Below are positions 18,840-28,688 of a DNA stretch of 58,873 nucleotides, piece after piece. Positions within the stretch are counted from its first letter, which is position 1; each line of letters starts with the position of its first letter. A model generated the notes under the pieces. That model was given only the letters and a program-made list of their open reading frames with translations, was not told the DNA's origin and made no database searches. The stretch spans positions 1 to 58,873 of IMG/VR virus record IMGVR_UViG_3300043036_000281. One strand, 5' to 3'. Position numbers and translations under genes: made by a program. This DNA comes from a virus. Lineage: Duplodnaviria > Caudoviricetes.

Positions 18840-21586
18840 CTGCGAGCCCCGGCAGCCATTGGAAGGGAGAACGTGGTCTGGTGAGGCTCGATATCGCCTA
18901 CCTTGCCCTGACCATCGATGCCGTGCAGCGTACCATTTAAGCTCAGCTCCACGCGCACAGGTTCTGCGCTTCCAGATGCAGAACTGCCGCCTGGCATATT
19001 CCCCGTCAGGCCATCAGCCATGCCGAGGTAATCACGGGTTTCAGCATATGGAGCCTGCTTGCCGCTCGCCACGTCGGCACCGGCTTTGCTGCCACCGTTG
19101 TAGTGGGCCATCATGGCCTGCTCATTCCAGTTGTACTGCTTACCGAGGTCGTCGATAAACTTCGACATCCCGCCGGCAGCGTCCTCAAGATTGTTCGGAT
19201 CTTGAACACCGTAGGCCGTTGAGGTATCGGGCATGATCTGGAACGGACCCGCGGCGCCCTTCGGACTGGATGCCGAGTAGTTCAGCTTGCCAAAGCCACG
19301 GTTTTCGATGGCCAGTAAGCGTTTCATCATGCTCAGTTTGCGCGGATCACCACCGGCAGCTTTCTCGAGCGTCTTCAGTTCATCAGCGGTAAATTTCACC
19401 TTACCGACCTGCGCCCCGCCATCGCTAGATGCACTTTCATCCATCGGACCAAGGTCAAGCGCACCGTTGGCCTCAGATGCCGCACCGCCCGCTGCTGGTG
19501 TCGCCGACTGCTGCTGAATCAACTTTTCATAGTCGCCATTTTCCCGAGTGAACTTGTACAGCTCATCGGCCTGCATATCCTTCAGGTTCTTCAGCGCCTG
19601 TTCGCGCCGTGGACCGGTGATGCCACGATCGGACAAACTCTGCTCGAGCCGATCCATCTGCCGGCCATGGCCCGCCACCAAATCAACTTTCTGCGCCTGG
19701 TACACGCCGAGGCCTTCTTGCAGCTTCATCTTTTTCGCGTAATCAGAATTCGGTGACAGCGCGGTCGCCATCGCCACCACGCCTTCCTGGATGCCGGTGA
19801 TGACGGGGAGGATCTGGCCGCCAATCTTGGTCAGCGTGTTGTTGAGCTCGGAGACAGCGTCGCGCGTCTCGGTGCCGACGTTCTTTTCCTGCTCGCGCAC
19901 AGCGACTGCCTTCGCCATGGTCGACCGCAAGTCTTCCATGTTGCCACTGTCGAGGTTTTTCGAGATAGCACCTTTCTCGGTGTCGGTCAGGCGATCGTCC
20001 TTCAGCAACTTCGCGGCAATCGATTTCAACTCGCCGTCGTCAGCCGAACCGATCCGCGCCACGTTCTGGATGCCCGAAGCGCTCAAGGTACTGATGTCGT
20101 TCCCGATCAACCCCTGCAGGCCGCCCAGCTTCTTGCGATCCATGTTGGAAATGGCCGCGGCTTGCGACAGGCTGTTCAGGCCAAAGTAGTTTTTGGTCGC
20201 GTCCAGCTTCGCCATGCTGTTGCCGTATTGCTTGTCCATCTCGCCCATCACCAGCGACAGGTTGTCCTGGCCGGTGAAGTTTGGCGTTTTGATACCGTTG
20301 CGCTTGGCATACTCAGCAACCTGAGGCGAGATGCCCGAACCGAACGCACCCTGCTCCATCACAGCCTTGGCCATGATCGGATCAATGCCAGGCATCGCCC
20401 GGGAGAGTGCGCCGTAGGTGAAGTTCAAACCAGCTTCACCCATGCCGCCGCCCTGGCGGATAGAACCATCCACCTGCATCAGCATAGAGGCCGCGTTGGC
20501 TGGATCCAGGCCTACCCCATGCGTCGAGGTCAACCCGGCCAGGGCACCAGCAAACCCGGCCGCATTTGGCGTCGACAGCGCCAGGCGAGCGACCTGGGCA
20601 CTGAAGTTGGTCACCGCGGTCAGCACTTCGCCGGCCTTCGCCGTGTTTCCGCCTTTCTCGATGCTTTCCGCAATCATCAGGGCGAACTTGCGCCCATCCT
20701 TGTCGTCAGCACCTACCTGACCGAAGTGTCGAGCATTGGCCATGAACCCGACACCTTCGCCGAGTTCCAGGCCATAACCCCGCGCCAGGCCGAAACCGGT
20801 GCGCACGTTGCCGCCGATATCGCCACCGGCACCGTTGTTGATCTTCGCGTATTGCTTGGCCAGCGCCGCTGATTCGGTATAGAGCACGCCCAGGCCTTCG
20901 CCCGACGAGCGAACCCGCGAACGCAGATCATCAAAGGTTCTGTCCAGATCACCGACACTGCGCAACAGTTGGTCGGTGCTGGTGGATTCCTGGCGTGCCA
21001 GGTCCACTGCTCGCCCGGCCATGGCCATGACGCTGGTAATGCCTGCCAGCGCCAGACCGGCGCCAGCTGCCATCTTCAACCCACTCATGCCCGAGGATGC
21101 AGCTGCCCGATAGTTTGGCTGGAAGCTCCCATGTCCAGGACTGTTTGCCGCCTGGTAAGGGCTGCCAGGCCTGCCACCATGGCCGCCAATTGGAAATCCC
21201 TGCCCGGCAAAGTTGAACACCTGGCGCTTGTAGTTCTCGGCATCACGCTGTCTCAGAAACAGCGTGTGATTATTCGCATGCCAATCCTCGAAGCTGCCGA
21301 ACTGACGGATCTTCGAACCACCGGAAATACTCCTGTTATTCCGGATCCGGTCGAAGTTGCGCAGAAACTCCTCAGCCTGTTTTGGATTGATCGCCCGTCC
21401 CATCTCCACGGAGAGAGTTTTGGCGATCGCCTCGAGCCGCTTCAGATTGTCGCCGGCTTTTTTGGCTGCGTCGTCGATCTGCTTGACGCTGTCGACGACC
21501 TTGCGGGCGCCTTTCTCCACCTGGCCAAGGCCGGATGTCGCGCCGCTGGAGTCGGCGTTTACACCAATGCGAATGTCATTGCTCAA
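18836..21586 (-). CDS. Tape measure protein with a C-terminal lytic transglycosylase (SLT) domain
   Basis: Long Ala/Gly helical protein; AIEN...SPKGAAGPFQIMP.T...AHYNGG...ETRDY. Confidence 0.85.
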   Translation of the reverse strand: MSNDIRIGVNADSSGATSGLGQVEKGARKVVDSVKQIDDAAKKAGDNLKRLEAIAKTLSVEMGRAINPKQAEEFLRNFDRIRNNRSISGGSKIRQFGSFEDWHANNHTLFLRQRDAENYKRQVFNFAGQGFPIGGHGGRPGSPYQAANSPGHGSFQPNYRAAASSGMSGLKMAAGAGLALAGITSVMAMAGRAVDLARQESTSTDQLLRSVGDLDRTFDDLRSRVRSSGEGLGVLYTESAALAKQYAKINNGAGGDIGGNVRTGFGLARGYGLELGEGVGFMANARHFGQVGADDKDGRKFALMIAESIEKGGNTAKAGEVLTAVTNFSAQVARLALSTPNAAGFAGALAGLTSTHGVGLDPANAASMLMQVDGSIRQGGGMGEAGLNFTYGALSRAMPGIDPIMAKAVMEQGAFGSGISPQVAEYAKRNGIKTPNFTGQDNLSLVMGEMDKQYGNSMAKLDATKNYFGLNSLSQAAAISNMDRKKLGGLQGLIGNDISTLSASGIQNVARIGSADDGELKSIAAKLLKDDRLTDTEKGAISKNLDSGNMEDLRSTMAKAVAVREQEKNVGTETRDAVSELNNTLTKIGGQILPVITGIQEGVVAMATALSPNSDYAKKMKLQEGLGVYQAQKVDLVAGHGRQMDRLEQSLSDRGITGPRREQALKNLKDMQADELYKFTRENGDYEKLIQQQSATPAAGGAASEANGALDLGPMDESASSDGGAQVGKVKFTADELKTLEKAAGGDPRKLSMMKRLLAIENRGFGKLNYSASSPKGAAGPFQIMPDTSTAYGVQDPNNLEDAAGGMSKFIDDLGKQYNWNEQAMMAHYNGGSKAGADVASGKQAPYAETRDYLGMADGLTGNMPGGSSASGSAEPVRVELSLNGTLHGIDGQGKVGDIEPHQTTFSLPMAAGARR

Positions 21587-21878
21587 GGTCTATAAGCTCC
21601 CATTCTTCTGGCGGAATTTGTGCCGCCGCAGCTTCGGCTTCTGCATTGATGCGTTCAACCTCGGCCGCCATGTCGAAGTCTTCATCCTCGACCTCATCCT
21701 GGATGCCTTTCTCTGCATACTGATGCGCCCAATATTCAGCCATGATCTGATCAGGTGTCAGCTCAAGGTAGCGTGGATCATTCGGCGGCAGATTGTACTT
21801 CCGACGGAACCAAAACCCCATCGTCTGGTACATCAGTTTTGCTTGGCGCTTTGCTTGCTTTTCGGAGGTGCGGGCGAA
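21576..21878 (-). CDS. Tail assembly chaperone extension (gpT-like), probably reached by +1 frameshift
   Basis: WFRRKYNLPPNDPRY..., in the +1 frame overlapping the chaperone 3' end, without a well-spaced RBS/start. Confidence 0.65.
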   Translation of the reverse strand, partial: FARTSEKQAKRQAKLMYQTMGFWFRRKYNLPPNDPRYLELTPDQIMAEYWAHQYAEKGIQDEVEDEDFDMAAEVERINAEAEAAAAQIPPEEWELIDLEQ

Positions 21879-22176
21879 ACTCATCCTCCTTAGCGCGGAG
21901 CTGGTTAAATACCCGTTCGATCTGGACGAAAGTTTCCTCATCCAGCGGGTCGAGCTCTTCAATGTCCCAACCCTTCGGCGCCTTAACCATCAGCACCCGC
22001 AGGGCTGAAAGATAGGTTGCCAGGTTGAATAGCCATACAGTGGCCTGGACACCCTCGGTGATACGTGCGTATTCGACCTGGATCCGCAATTCATCGGCCA
22101 GCTTGCGATAGCCGAACATGAACGTGCCGATACCTTCGACGACTACCGGGAAATCGCTGCTGCTTTCAATACGCAT
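21778..22176 (-). CDS. Tail assembly chaperone (gpG-like)
   Basis: Between tube and tape measure; AAAGGA RBS favours ATG 22176 over 22200. Confidence 0.7.
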   Translation of the reverse strand: MRIESSSDFPVVVEGIGTFMFGYRKLADELRIQVEYARITEGVQATVWLFNLATYLSALRVLMVKAPKGWDIEELDPLDEETFVQIERVFNQLRAKEDEFRPHLRKASKAPSKTDVPDDGVLVPSEVQSAAE

Positions 22177-22202
22177 GGAGTAATCCTTTTTATCACTCAT
22201 GG

Positions 22203-22225
22203 AAAAACGGCCCCGTAGGGCCGTT
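22203..22225 (-). terminator. Intrinsic terminator after the tail tube gene
   Basis: AACGGCCC-TACG-GGGCCGTT-TTT. Confidence 0.6.
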
Positions 22226-22244
22226 CAGATCAGGTGGCCGACGG

Positions 22245-22670
22245 TTAACCGCCGAAACCAGTAACGTCAAGCGCGTTGAACGTGGCGTTGGCCATGACAA
22301 TCGCATGCTTCGACACTTCCATCGAGCCGGAAGCGTAGGAGCAGCTGATGTACTTGCGCAACTGAGTGCCGTCATCCTTGGACAGCGCCACGATGTCGAA
22401 CACCAGGCCGCGCAGCATATCGTCACCGTTCTCGGCACCGATACCGGCATCACGCAGCGACCCACGGTTCAACACCATGGCCGACACGTTAAGCGAGTGT
22501 CGCGCCATGGTCGGCACGTATTCGGCGACGTGAATGTCACCGATACCGCTGGCCGGCTCAGGCGCGTAATCGTCGCTCATGCCGACGCTTTGCACCAGGC
22601 CAACCTGTTTGCCGTCGAACAGCACGACAATCCGGTTGCCGGTGCGCGTTTGAAGGTTCTCTCTGGACAT
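22245..22670 (-). CDS. Tail tube protein
   Basis: 141 aa, GIG.....EYVP motif, directly after the sheath. Confidence 0.8.
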   Translation of the reverse strand: MSRENLQTRTGNRIVVLFDGKQVGLVQSVGMSDDYAPEPASGIGDIHVAEYVPTMARHSLNVSAMVLNRGSLRDAGIGAENGDDMLRGLVFDIVALSKDDGTQLRKYISCSYASGSMEVSKHAIVMANATFNALDVTGFGG

Positions 22671-22682
22671 TTTCTACGCCCC

Positions 22683-24401
22683 TTACGCGGTTGCGCTGCC
22701 GCTGAACGGCACCGCGAAGATGGTGACAGGAATGTAGTTCACCGGAATGACTGGGCTGCACTGGAACTCAACGCGCAGAACGTCGCCCTCGATGGACACC
22801 GTGATGTTTTTGTAAGCTGGGTTCTCGGCATCACCTGCCAGCACGCCAGGACCCTGAGGTTCCGACATGGCCAGTTGGCGCAGCGTGCTTTCGACGATCG
22901 TCAGGGCGCGAGCCATGGTGATCGGGTTGGCCTTTTCACCACGCAACACGTCCAGCGCGTTGCGCACGTTCCGCGAGGTGAAGTCCAGCGCCACACCGAC
23001 CGATTGCTCGACGCGGTTGTAGTTGTCGTTGATCAGCCAAGTGCTGATCGACTGCACAACCTTGAAGCCGGTCGCCACGTCCTCGACGCAGAGCACGCCG
23101 CCAGTGATCAGGCGATCAGTGTCGGTTGGGTTGCGCAGCTTGCGTTCCAGGCCGCGAACCTTCAGCGCTTTGTTGGTCATCGCGGTACCCGGGTTGGTGC
23201 CGCAGAACGCGCCACCGATTTGGGCCGCCAGGATGTACGGAGGGAACAACGTCAAGGCGCCATCGGCGTCATAGTCGTGGAAACCCAGGTGAACCAGCGA
23301 GGTACGATCGCTGTTCAGCGCTTTGGCCGCGGCAATCGCTTGATCATCGGTGGTGCCCAGGGCCATGCCACAGATCGAACGACGCTCCATGCGAGCAATG
23401 TTCGACATGTAGGCGCAGTGGGAGTCGGTCATGGCGTGAATCGACGGATCGGCACTCAGAGGAGTTACCCACTGGACATCCTCAGCCTGGAGCACTTCGT
23501 CGAAGGCATCCGACCATTCCTGGTTAGTCACCACACCATCCGAACCACCAGACAGGTAGGTCCAGTTGATGTTCGCCGGAGGCTTGCCAACACCCGCTAC
23601 ACGCTCGGCATCGACGAACCCTTCAGCACTGCCGTTGATGTAATCAACGAAGGCCTGGAGGTCAGCCTGTACGGTGTAGGCCGCCGTTTTGATGTCCTGG
23701 ACACTGATGTAATCCAGACCATTGAGCGCCGGCTTGTTGGCATTGCCATCGAGCACGGTTGCACTGAAGCCGCTTACTGCGTTGATACGATCGACCAGCT
23801 CCTGCACCGATTTGTAAGTTGCCAGATCGATGGTAGCCACGGTGGTCCCCGTTGGGGCCTGCAACACCACCGACGTGCCGGTGATGGACATCACGCCACT
23901 TGCTGCGCCGCCGACATACTGCACCTGGAGCGCGTCACGGTGGACGTCATCCTGAGAGTAGTAGTCGTTACCGCGCTGGGTTGTGACCTTCAAGCCACGA
24001 TTGGTGGCTGCCTCGATCTTGAACTTGACCTGGTTGGCCACCAGACCGTAATCGGTCGATTTGAGGTTGACCACCGGCGTCGGCGTCAAGTCGCTCAGCA
24101 CCAGCGTTGCCTGAGTGGCCGGGTTGACACGCACGAAAATGATGGTCGATGCGGCGCCGGTTTGCGACGACGGATCGAACGCCTTTTCGATGGCGGTCAG
24201 GCCCTCACCACCCTGCAGGATATTACGGGCTTCAGAAGGACTGCCGAAGCGCAATGCAGTATTGGGCTTGCCCGCCACCGATCGGCCGACGATCGCCTGA
24301 ACGTTGGCGACCGACAGGCCGCGGTTGAACATAGCGGAATCATCCACCACGCTCATGGTCGCCGGCGAAACCCACAACCGGCCATTAAAGAAAACAGGCA
24401 T
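22683..24401 (-). CDS. Tail sheath protein
   Basis: 572 aa; YLSGGSDG; C-terminal SPVIPVNYIPVT. Confidence 0.9.
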   Translation of the reverse strand: MPVFFNGRLWVSPATMSVVDDSAMFNRGLSVANVQAIVGRSVAGKPNTALRFGSPSEARNILQGGEGLTAIEKAFDPSSQTGAASTIIFVRVNPATQATLVLSDLTPTPVVNLKSTDYGLVANQVKFKIEAATNRGLKVTTQRGNDYYSQDDVHRDALQVQYVGGAASGVMSITGTSVVLQAPTGTTVATIDLATYKSVQELVDRINAVSGFSATVLDGNANKPALNGLDYISVQDIKTAAYTVQADLQAFVDYINGSAEGFVDAERVAGVGKPPANINWTYLSGGSDGVVTNQEWSDAFDEVLQAEDVQWVTPLSADPSIHAMTDSHCAYMSNIARMERRSICGMALGTTDDQAIAAAKALNSDRTSLVHLGFHDYDADGALTLFPPYILAAQIGGAFCGTNPGTAMTNKALKVRGLERKLRNPTDTDRLITGGVLCVEDVATGFKVVQSISTWLINDNYNRVEQSVGVALDFTSRNVRNALDVLRGEKANPITMARALTIVESTLRQLAMSEPQGPGVLAGDAENPAYKNITVSIEGDVLRVEFQCSPVIPVNYIPVTIFAVPFSGSATA

Positions 24402-24412
24402 TTGTTAGACCC

Positions 24413-24628
24413 TCACGCAGGTTTTTTGATGAAGGCCTCGTAGCGCGCGGAGAATGCGGCTACGGTGTCCTTGATGGTGCCATTGGCCTTTTCGGTGTGA
24501 TGGAACCCACCGATCAGGGCGACACGTTTGTCTTTGCTCGACAGCTGCGTGCAAAACTCGTCGAGGGTCAGCGGAAAACCGCTCTCGTCGGGCTGGGCCG
24601 GAGCGGCTGTATCTTCTTTCTTGCTCAT
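24413..24628 (-). CDS. Small hypothetical protein upstream of the sheath
   Basis: 71 aa with AGGTG RBS. Confidence 0.65.
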   Translation of the reverse strand: MSKKEDTAAPAQPDESGFPLTLDEFCTQLSSKDKRVALIGGFHHTEKANGTIKDTVAAFSARYEAFIKKPA

Positions 24629-24657
24629 GCGATCACCTTTTGGTGGATTTTGCCGCT

Positions 24658-25485
24658 CTACGGCACGTTTACAGTTAATTCAACGTCGATGATTTCATCC
24701 TGTTTGCTGACGATCTGAACCGGTGCCACACAGGAGAAACTGCCAACGCTTTTGTAAATAACGGTGTTCTTTTCGCCGTGCGGCTCTTCGGTGTCAGACT
24801 GGCTCAGGTCGATCTGAATCATCCCAACGCTGTCGAATACCGGAAGGTTGGCGATAAGCACACGGCGAATGGCTTGCCGCAGTGATGCCCGTTCGATCGC
24901 GTTCTGCGACCAGCCGATAATGTCCAGGCGTACACGGGACAACCAGCCTTCACCGACTTCCCAGTCATCACCATCAAACTCATCTGGCGCCAGCGTTTCG
25001 CCTATACCGCGCCCGTCAGAACCATCCGACGACAAATGTACTGTCACGACAGGCCATGCAATTTCTTTCTGAAATGGGAACGCTGGGAGCACTGGAATGC
25101 GGTTGTTCGGGTGCTTGAGTTTGCCGCGCTGGAGCTCGACAAATAGACCCTGATTAAGCCGGTCGAGCACCACGGTTAGGACATCGTCCGTGACCTCCTG
25201 GTAGTCAGAGGTCACCGTGACCGGAACTGTCGCCGAGCCGGACCAGGTCGTGGCGGCCAGGTAGTAAACCCGATAGAAATAGGTGCTCGTATTGGTCAGC
25301 GCAGTACGATCGACCGCACTGATGGTTTGCTTGCTATCCAGCACAACCAGTGCTGCCGGATCGTCCTGACCTGTAAAGGTGTCCGTAGCTTTACGCAGCA
25401 GGCGCCAGCGCGTTGCGCCAGCTGGAGGCGATAGGACAATGCGAACGGCATTGCCAATGGCGAGGGATTGCGCGAATGAGATCAT
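24658..25485 (-). CDS. Tail terminator/completion-like protein with an N-terminal FnIII-like part
   Basis: Position; YFYRVY; start chosen at 25485 (MISFAQSL) from the promoter motif. Confidence 0.6.
   Translation of the reverse strand: MISFAQSLAIGNAVRIVLSPPAGATRWRLLRKATDTFTGQDDPAALVVLDSKQTISAVDRTALTNTSTYFYRVYYLAATTWSGSATVPVTVTSDYQEVTDDVLTVVLDRLNQGLFVELQRGKLKHPNNRIPVLPAFPFQKEIAWPVVTVHLSSDGSDGRGIGETLAPDEFDGDDWEVGEGWLSRVRLDIIGWSQNAIERASLRQAIRRVLIANLPVFDSVGMIQIDLSQSDTEEPHGEKNTVIYKSVGSFSCVAPVQIVSKQDEIIDVELTVNVP
25035..25050 (-). promoter_or_regulatory. Intragenic late-promoter-like motif
   Basis: GTCGTGAC-AG-TACATT inside the CDS, oriented toward the sheath/tube genes. Confidence 0.4.
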
Positions 25486-25492
25486 GGGCAGG

Positions 25493-25508
25493 ATGATGCG
25501 GTCACGAC
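25493..25508 (-). promoter_or_regulatory. Late-promoter-like motif, predicted leaderless
   Basis: GTCGTGAC-CG-CATCAT-7 nt-ATG(25485). Confidence 0.65.
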
Positions 25509-25511
25509 CTA

Positions 25512-25527
25512 ATCGTGACGCGAACAT
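25512..25527 (+). promoter_or_regulatory. Late-promoter-like motif, predicted leaderless
   Basis: ATCGTGAC-GC-GAACAT-6 nt-ATG(25534). Confidence 0.6.
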
Positions 25528-25533
25528 GGCTAC

Positions 25534-26388
25534 ATGGCCTACTTCAACATTAACGTCGATTTGTCCGAACTGATGAACCTTGCCCCGAACCTGAGCAAGG
25601 AGATCTTCCCGCGCCTGCACGAGGCTGTCGGCGCTGTCGCTGCAGCGGCCCACCGGGATTGGACGGCCGCGGTGATGAATGCCCCGCTATGGTCGAAGGA
25701 ACGCCAGGAATACGCACGATCGATCACCTGGGACTATAAAGGTGCATTCTCCGCAGAAGTGGTCGCCACCTACAAGAATGCTGAAGCGATCGAAACCGGG
25801 CGCGCAGAACGCGACTTGAAAAAGATGCTGGATACCAGCCTCAAGGTGCGCCGGACTGCCAGCGGCAAGCGATTCCTGATTATCCCCTTCCGCCACAACA
25901 CGCCAGGAAACAACGCCAGTGGCAATGCAATGCCGTTCGCCGTCTACCAACAGGCGCGCGACCTGGCCAAGTCATTGATCGTTGGCAAAGGCGAGCGCCT
26001 GGCCGGACACACCGTGCACCTGATCCCCGGGGCCGGCATGGTGGTCGCTCGCAAGCAACCAGAATTCGCCTCAGATCCGAGCACCAAAGGTCGCGCCATG
26101 GTGCCGTCCAGGGATTATCGCTGGGCCGGCGCACTCAAAAGCGGCGACCTGGCCAAGCACGGGAAAGACGTTCAGAACCGGTATGCGGGTATGGTCCGCA
26201 TGGAATCGAGCTCGGGCGTCGAAAGCCGCAGCTCGTACATGACGTTCAGGGTGATGATGGAAGGCTCTAGCGGCTGGATCATCCCGGCGAAGCCTGGCCT
26301 GTTCCTCGCCAAGCAAGTCGCCGAACGCATGACGCCGCTCGCTGAAGAAGTGTTCCATGAAGCGGTGAAGCTGGATCTCGGCGGTTAA
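25534..26388 (+). CDS. Probable neck/tail-completion protein, inverted relative to its neighbours
   Basis: Basic 284-aa protein; IE.G...DLK, FLIIPFRH, YMTFR, GWIIP; stop overlaps the convergent gene. Confidence 0.6.
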   Translation: MAYFNINVDLSELMNLAPNLSKEIFPRLHEAVGAVAAAAHRDWTAAVMNAPLWSKERQEYARSITWDYKGAFSAEVVATYKNAEAIETGRAERDLKKMLDTSLKVRRTASGKRFLIIPFRHNTPGNNASGNAMPFAVYQQARDLAKSLIVGKGERLAGHTVHLIPGAGMVVARKQPEFASDPSTKGRAMVPSRDYRWAGALKSGDLAKHGKDVQNRYAGMVRMESSSGVESRSSYMTFRVMMEGSSGWIIPAKPGLFLAKQVAERMTPLAEEVFHEAVKLDLGG

Positions 26389-27029
26389 GCACCGTTCTCG
26401 ACACGCCCCAACAGATCGAACTTGCGCAGCACCACTTTGCGCGGCAGGCGTGCGCCCGAATGGTGGGCTCGATCCTGAGGGAAGTCCTGGTAGCAGAAAT
26501 ACTCCGGGAGCCGGCGCCCGGTGATGCTGTACATCATGCCAATCGGTGGCTCGCCGAATGCCCAGGTCAGCGTGCCGTCCTCGGCTACATCGGGAATGCC
26601 GCCGTCGACAATCGCCTTGTTCTCATCCAGCCAGAACACACGACGGATCGATACGACGGTAAACCACAGCTTGTCATTGCCGCCACGGGTCAACTCGAAG
26701 GAAAACGGCTCCGAACTGTTCAGCATGGTGGCCCGATCGTAATCACCGATATCGTACAGCGGCGAATCACTGGGAATGGTCAGCACCACGTCGCCCGCCT
26801 GGAAGCCACCGAAGTCGGCCCACTGGCGCTGGATCTTCATCCCGGCGATGCCCGACATCCCCTGCTGCTCCGCTTCCCAGATGTGCCCGCGGCCTAGGCA
26901 GTTCGGGCATTCAGGATCTGCCGAGCCGTAGCCGGCGACCGAGCACGGGCAGACGAACGACGGCCGCCAGCCGAACAGCTGGCCAAGGTCATTCAGGTGG
27001 GCATTGAACTCGTCGGGATTGAGGTGCAT
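26385..27029 (-). CDS. Head closure/neck protein with a Zn-finger
   Basis: CPC...CPNCLGRG; position after the adaptor. Confidence 0.6.
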   Translation of the reverse strand: MHLNPDEFNAHLNDLGQLFGWRPSFVCPCSVAGYGSADPECPNCLGRGHIWEAEQQGMSGIAGMKIQRQWADFGGFQAGDVVLTIPSDSPLYDIGDYDRATMLNSSEPFSFELTRGGNDKLWFTVVSIRRVFWLDENKAIVDGGIPDVAEDGTLTWAFGEPPIGMMYSITGRRLPEYFCYQDFPQDRAHHSGARLPRKVVLRKFDLLGRVENGA

Positions 27030-27199
27030 CACAGGGCTTCACCGTCAGACAGTGGCCGGTGCAGTGGCTGAATATCGGCAACATCGAAACGCTTCGTCAT
27101 CTGCTCGAAAACCGGCTCGAAACGACCGTCGCCGACGTAGCGCAGCCGCTGGCCATTCATTGTGATTTCTTCACCGATCGCCAGCTGTCGCGCTTCCAT
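27029..27199 (-). CDS. 56-aa protein not in the ORF track
   Basis: MEARQLAIGEEITMNGQRLRYVGDGRFEPV...; coupled at both ends (TAATG and TGATG). Confidence 0.6.
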   Translation of the reverse strand: MEARQLAIGEEITMNGQRLRYVGDGRFEPVFEQMTKRFDVADIQPLHRPLSDGEAL

Positions 27200-27972
27200 T
27201 ACATAATCACCATGCTGCGAATGCCGTGGATTTCACTCATCAGACCGCCGTTGCTGCCCTTCGGCCCGTTGAGCTCGTAGTCGATCTGGTCCTGGTACTT
27301 CGAAGTGTCCGTGCTCATCGATCGCGACAAGCCGTCGGCGCTAATGCTGCCGCTTTGCGGAACGAATGCCCCGAGGATGATCTTGAGGCCGGCCATCATC
27401 TTGATCAGGTCGATCAAGTTAGGGTAGTCGTTGAAGACGTCCTTCAGGCCAGCAACATAGGTCACACGGATCATGTGCGGGATGGTTCGACCACCGCCGA
27501 GCGCCTGCATGATGTACGCGCCGAGCGGGGCCATGAAGGCCTGAGTCGACGGCACCAGGCGAATATGCCCGTACTTCTTGTCGAGGCGCAGCCAATCATC
27601 GGGCACCTTCAAGATCGATTGCGTCGGAGCTGGATAAGCGAACTCCATTTTTTCGACTTCAATGATCGGGCTCTGCCGGGTGATGATGTAACCCCAGCGG
27701 TTGTTCACGAAAAAATCAGGATCATAGTCATATGCCGGCTCTTCAGCCCAAGGCATATCGGTCGGCTCCTCGCTCGGATCATGTCCGAACGGCAGAACCT
27801 TGGTAGGCTCGAGGAAGACCCGCAGCTTCTGTGCGGCATCCGCTTCGGCGGCCCGGATCTTGTTCCAGATTAAATCATCTGAAAGTGGAACCCCGGCAAG
27901 ATAGGTGCGAATGGCTGGAGCCAGCCACTCGCGCATCTCCGCAACGATCGTTTCCTTTACGAAGATGGACAT
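27199..27972 (-). CDS. Head-tail adaptor/neck protein
   Basis: VTYVAG, SISADGLSRS; position after the capsid gene. Confidence 0.65.
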   Translation of the reverse strand: MSIFVKETIVAEMREWLAPAIRTYLAGVPLSDDLIWNKIRAAEADAAQKLRVFLEPTKVLPFGHDPSEEPTDMPWAEEPAYDYDPDFFVNNRWGYIITRQSPIIEVEKMEFAYPAPTQSILKVPDDWLRLDKKYGHIRLVPSTQAFMAPLGAYIMQALGGGRTIPHMIRVTYVAGLKDVFNDYPNLIDLIKMMAGLKIILGAFVPQSGSISADGLSRSMSTDTSKYQDQIDYELNGPKGSNGGLMSEIHGIRSMVIM

Positions 27973-27976
27973 AGGC

Positions 27977-28195
27977 TTACGGCGCCAGACGCGATTGCAG
28001 AGTGGCGATGCCCAGGGTTGCGGCAAAGTTGGTGTCGGTCACACCGGCGTCAGCATCAAGCTTGGCGCACAGGGCGTTATGCTTGGTGATCATCTCGTCG
28101 AGAAGATTTCCGAGTTTCGTGTATTCAGCGGCGGGCGAGGAGTTGTTAAGCAATTCCTTCGCGTCGCGTGCGTTACGGCCTGCACTGGTACCCAT
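27977..28195 (-). CDS. Small virion-associated protein (possible decoration)
   Basis: 72 aa, in operon; KLDADAGVTDTNF. Confidence 0.55.
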   Translation of the reverse strand: MGTSAGRNARDAKELLNNSSPAAEYTKLGNLLDEMITKHNALCAKLDADAGVTDTNFAATLGIATLQSRLAP

Positions 28196-28198
28196 GAC

Positions 28199-28627
28199 TT
28201 ATTCCTCGCCTTCTGGCTTGCCGTCTTTGTCGGCAGGCGCGGTGGATTCGGTACCAGTGGATTCAGTGCCGGTAGCAGCTTGATCAACTGGAGCGGTTTC
28301 TTCGGCAGGTTTTTTGCCTTTGCCAGCTTTCTCAGCGGCCTTTTTTTCTTTGGCTTCCTGCGCGTCGGTTGCTTTCTTGTCCTTGGCAGCCTGGGCATCA
28401 GCGGCTTTCTGATCCTTGATGCGCTGAGCCTCGGCCAGTGCTTCAGGATCATCTTCCTTTTTCGCCTTGCCACCTTCGGCCATGAAGCCAGGCACAGACA
28501 GGAAAATGGCTGCCAGATCTTCAGGAACCGCATCGACGGAAACCATACCGCCGCCAGCGTCTACCGCAAATTTGATGCCGTTCATCTCCTCGGAGGCGTT
28601 CGGCAAAGTGCAACGAATCTTGGTCAT
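28199..28627 (-). CDS. Hypothetical protein with a low-complexity tail
   Basis: 142 aa directly after the capsid gene; GGAGA RBS. Confidence 0.65.
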   Translation of the reverse strand: MTKIRCTLPNASEEMNGIKFAVDAGGGMVSVDAVPEDLAAIFLSVPGFMAEGGKAKKEDDPEALAEAQRIKDQKAADAQAAKDKKATDAQEAKEKKAAEKAGKGKKPAEETAPVDQAATGTESTGTESTAPADKDGKPEGEE

Positions 28628-28688
28628 CAGGTATCTCCCAGTAAGAACGCCCCGGCTGGGGCGCTCCTATTCTAGCCTACCACCGTAA

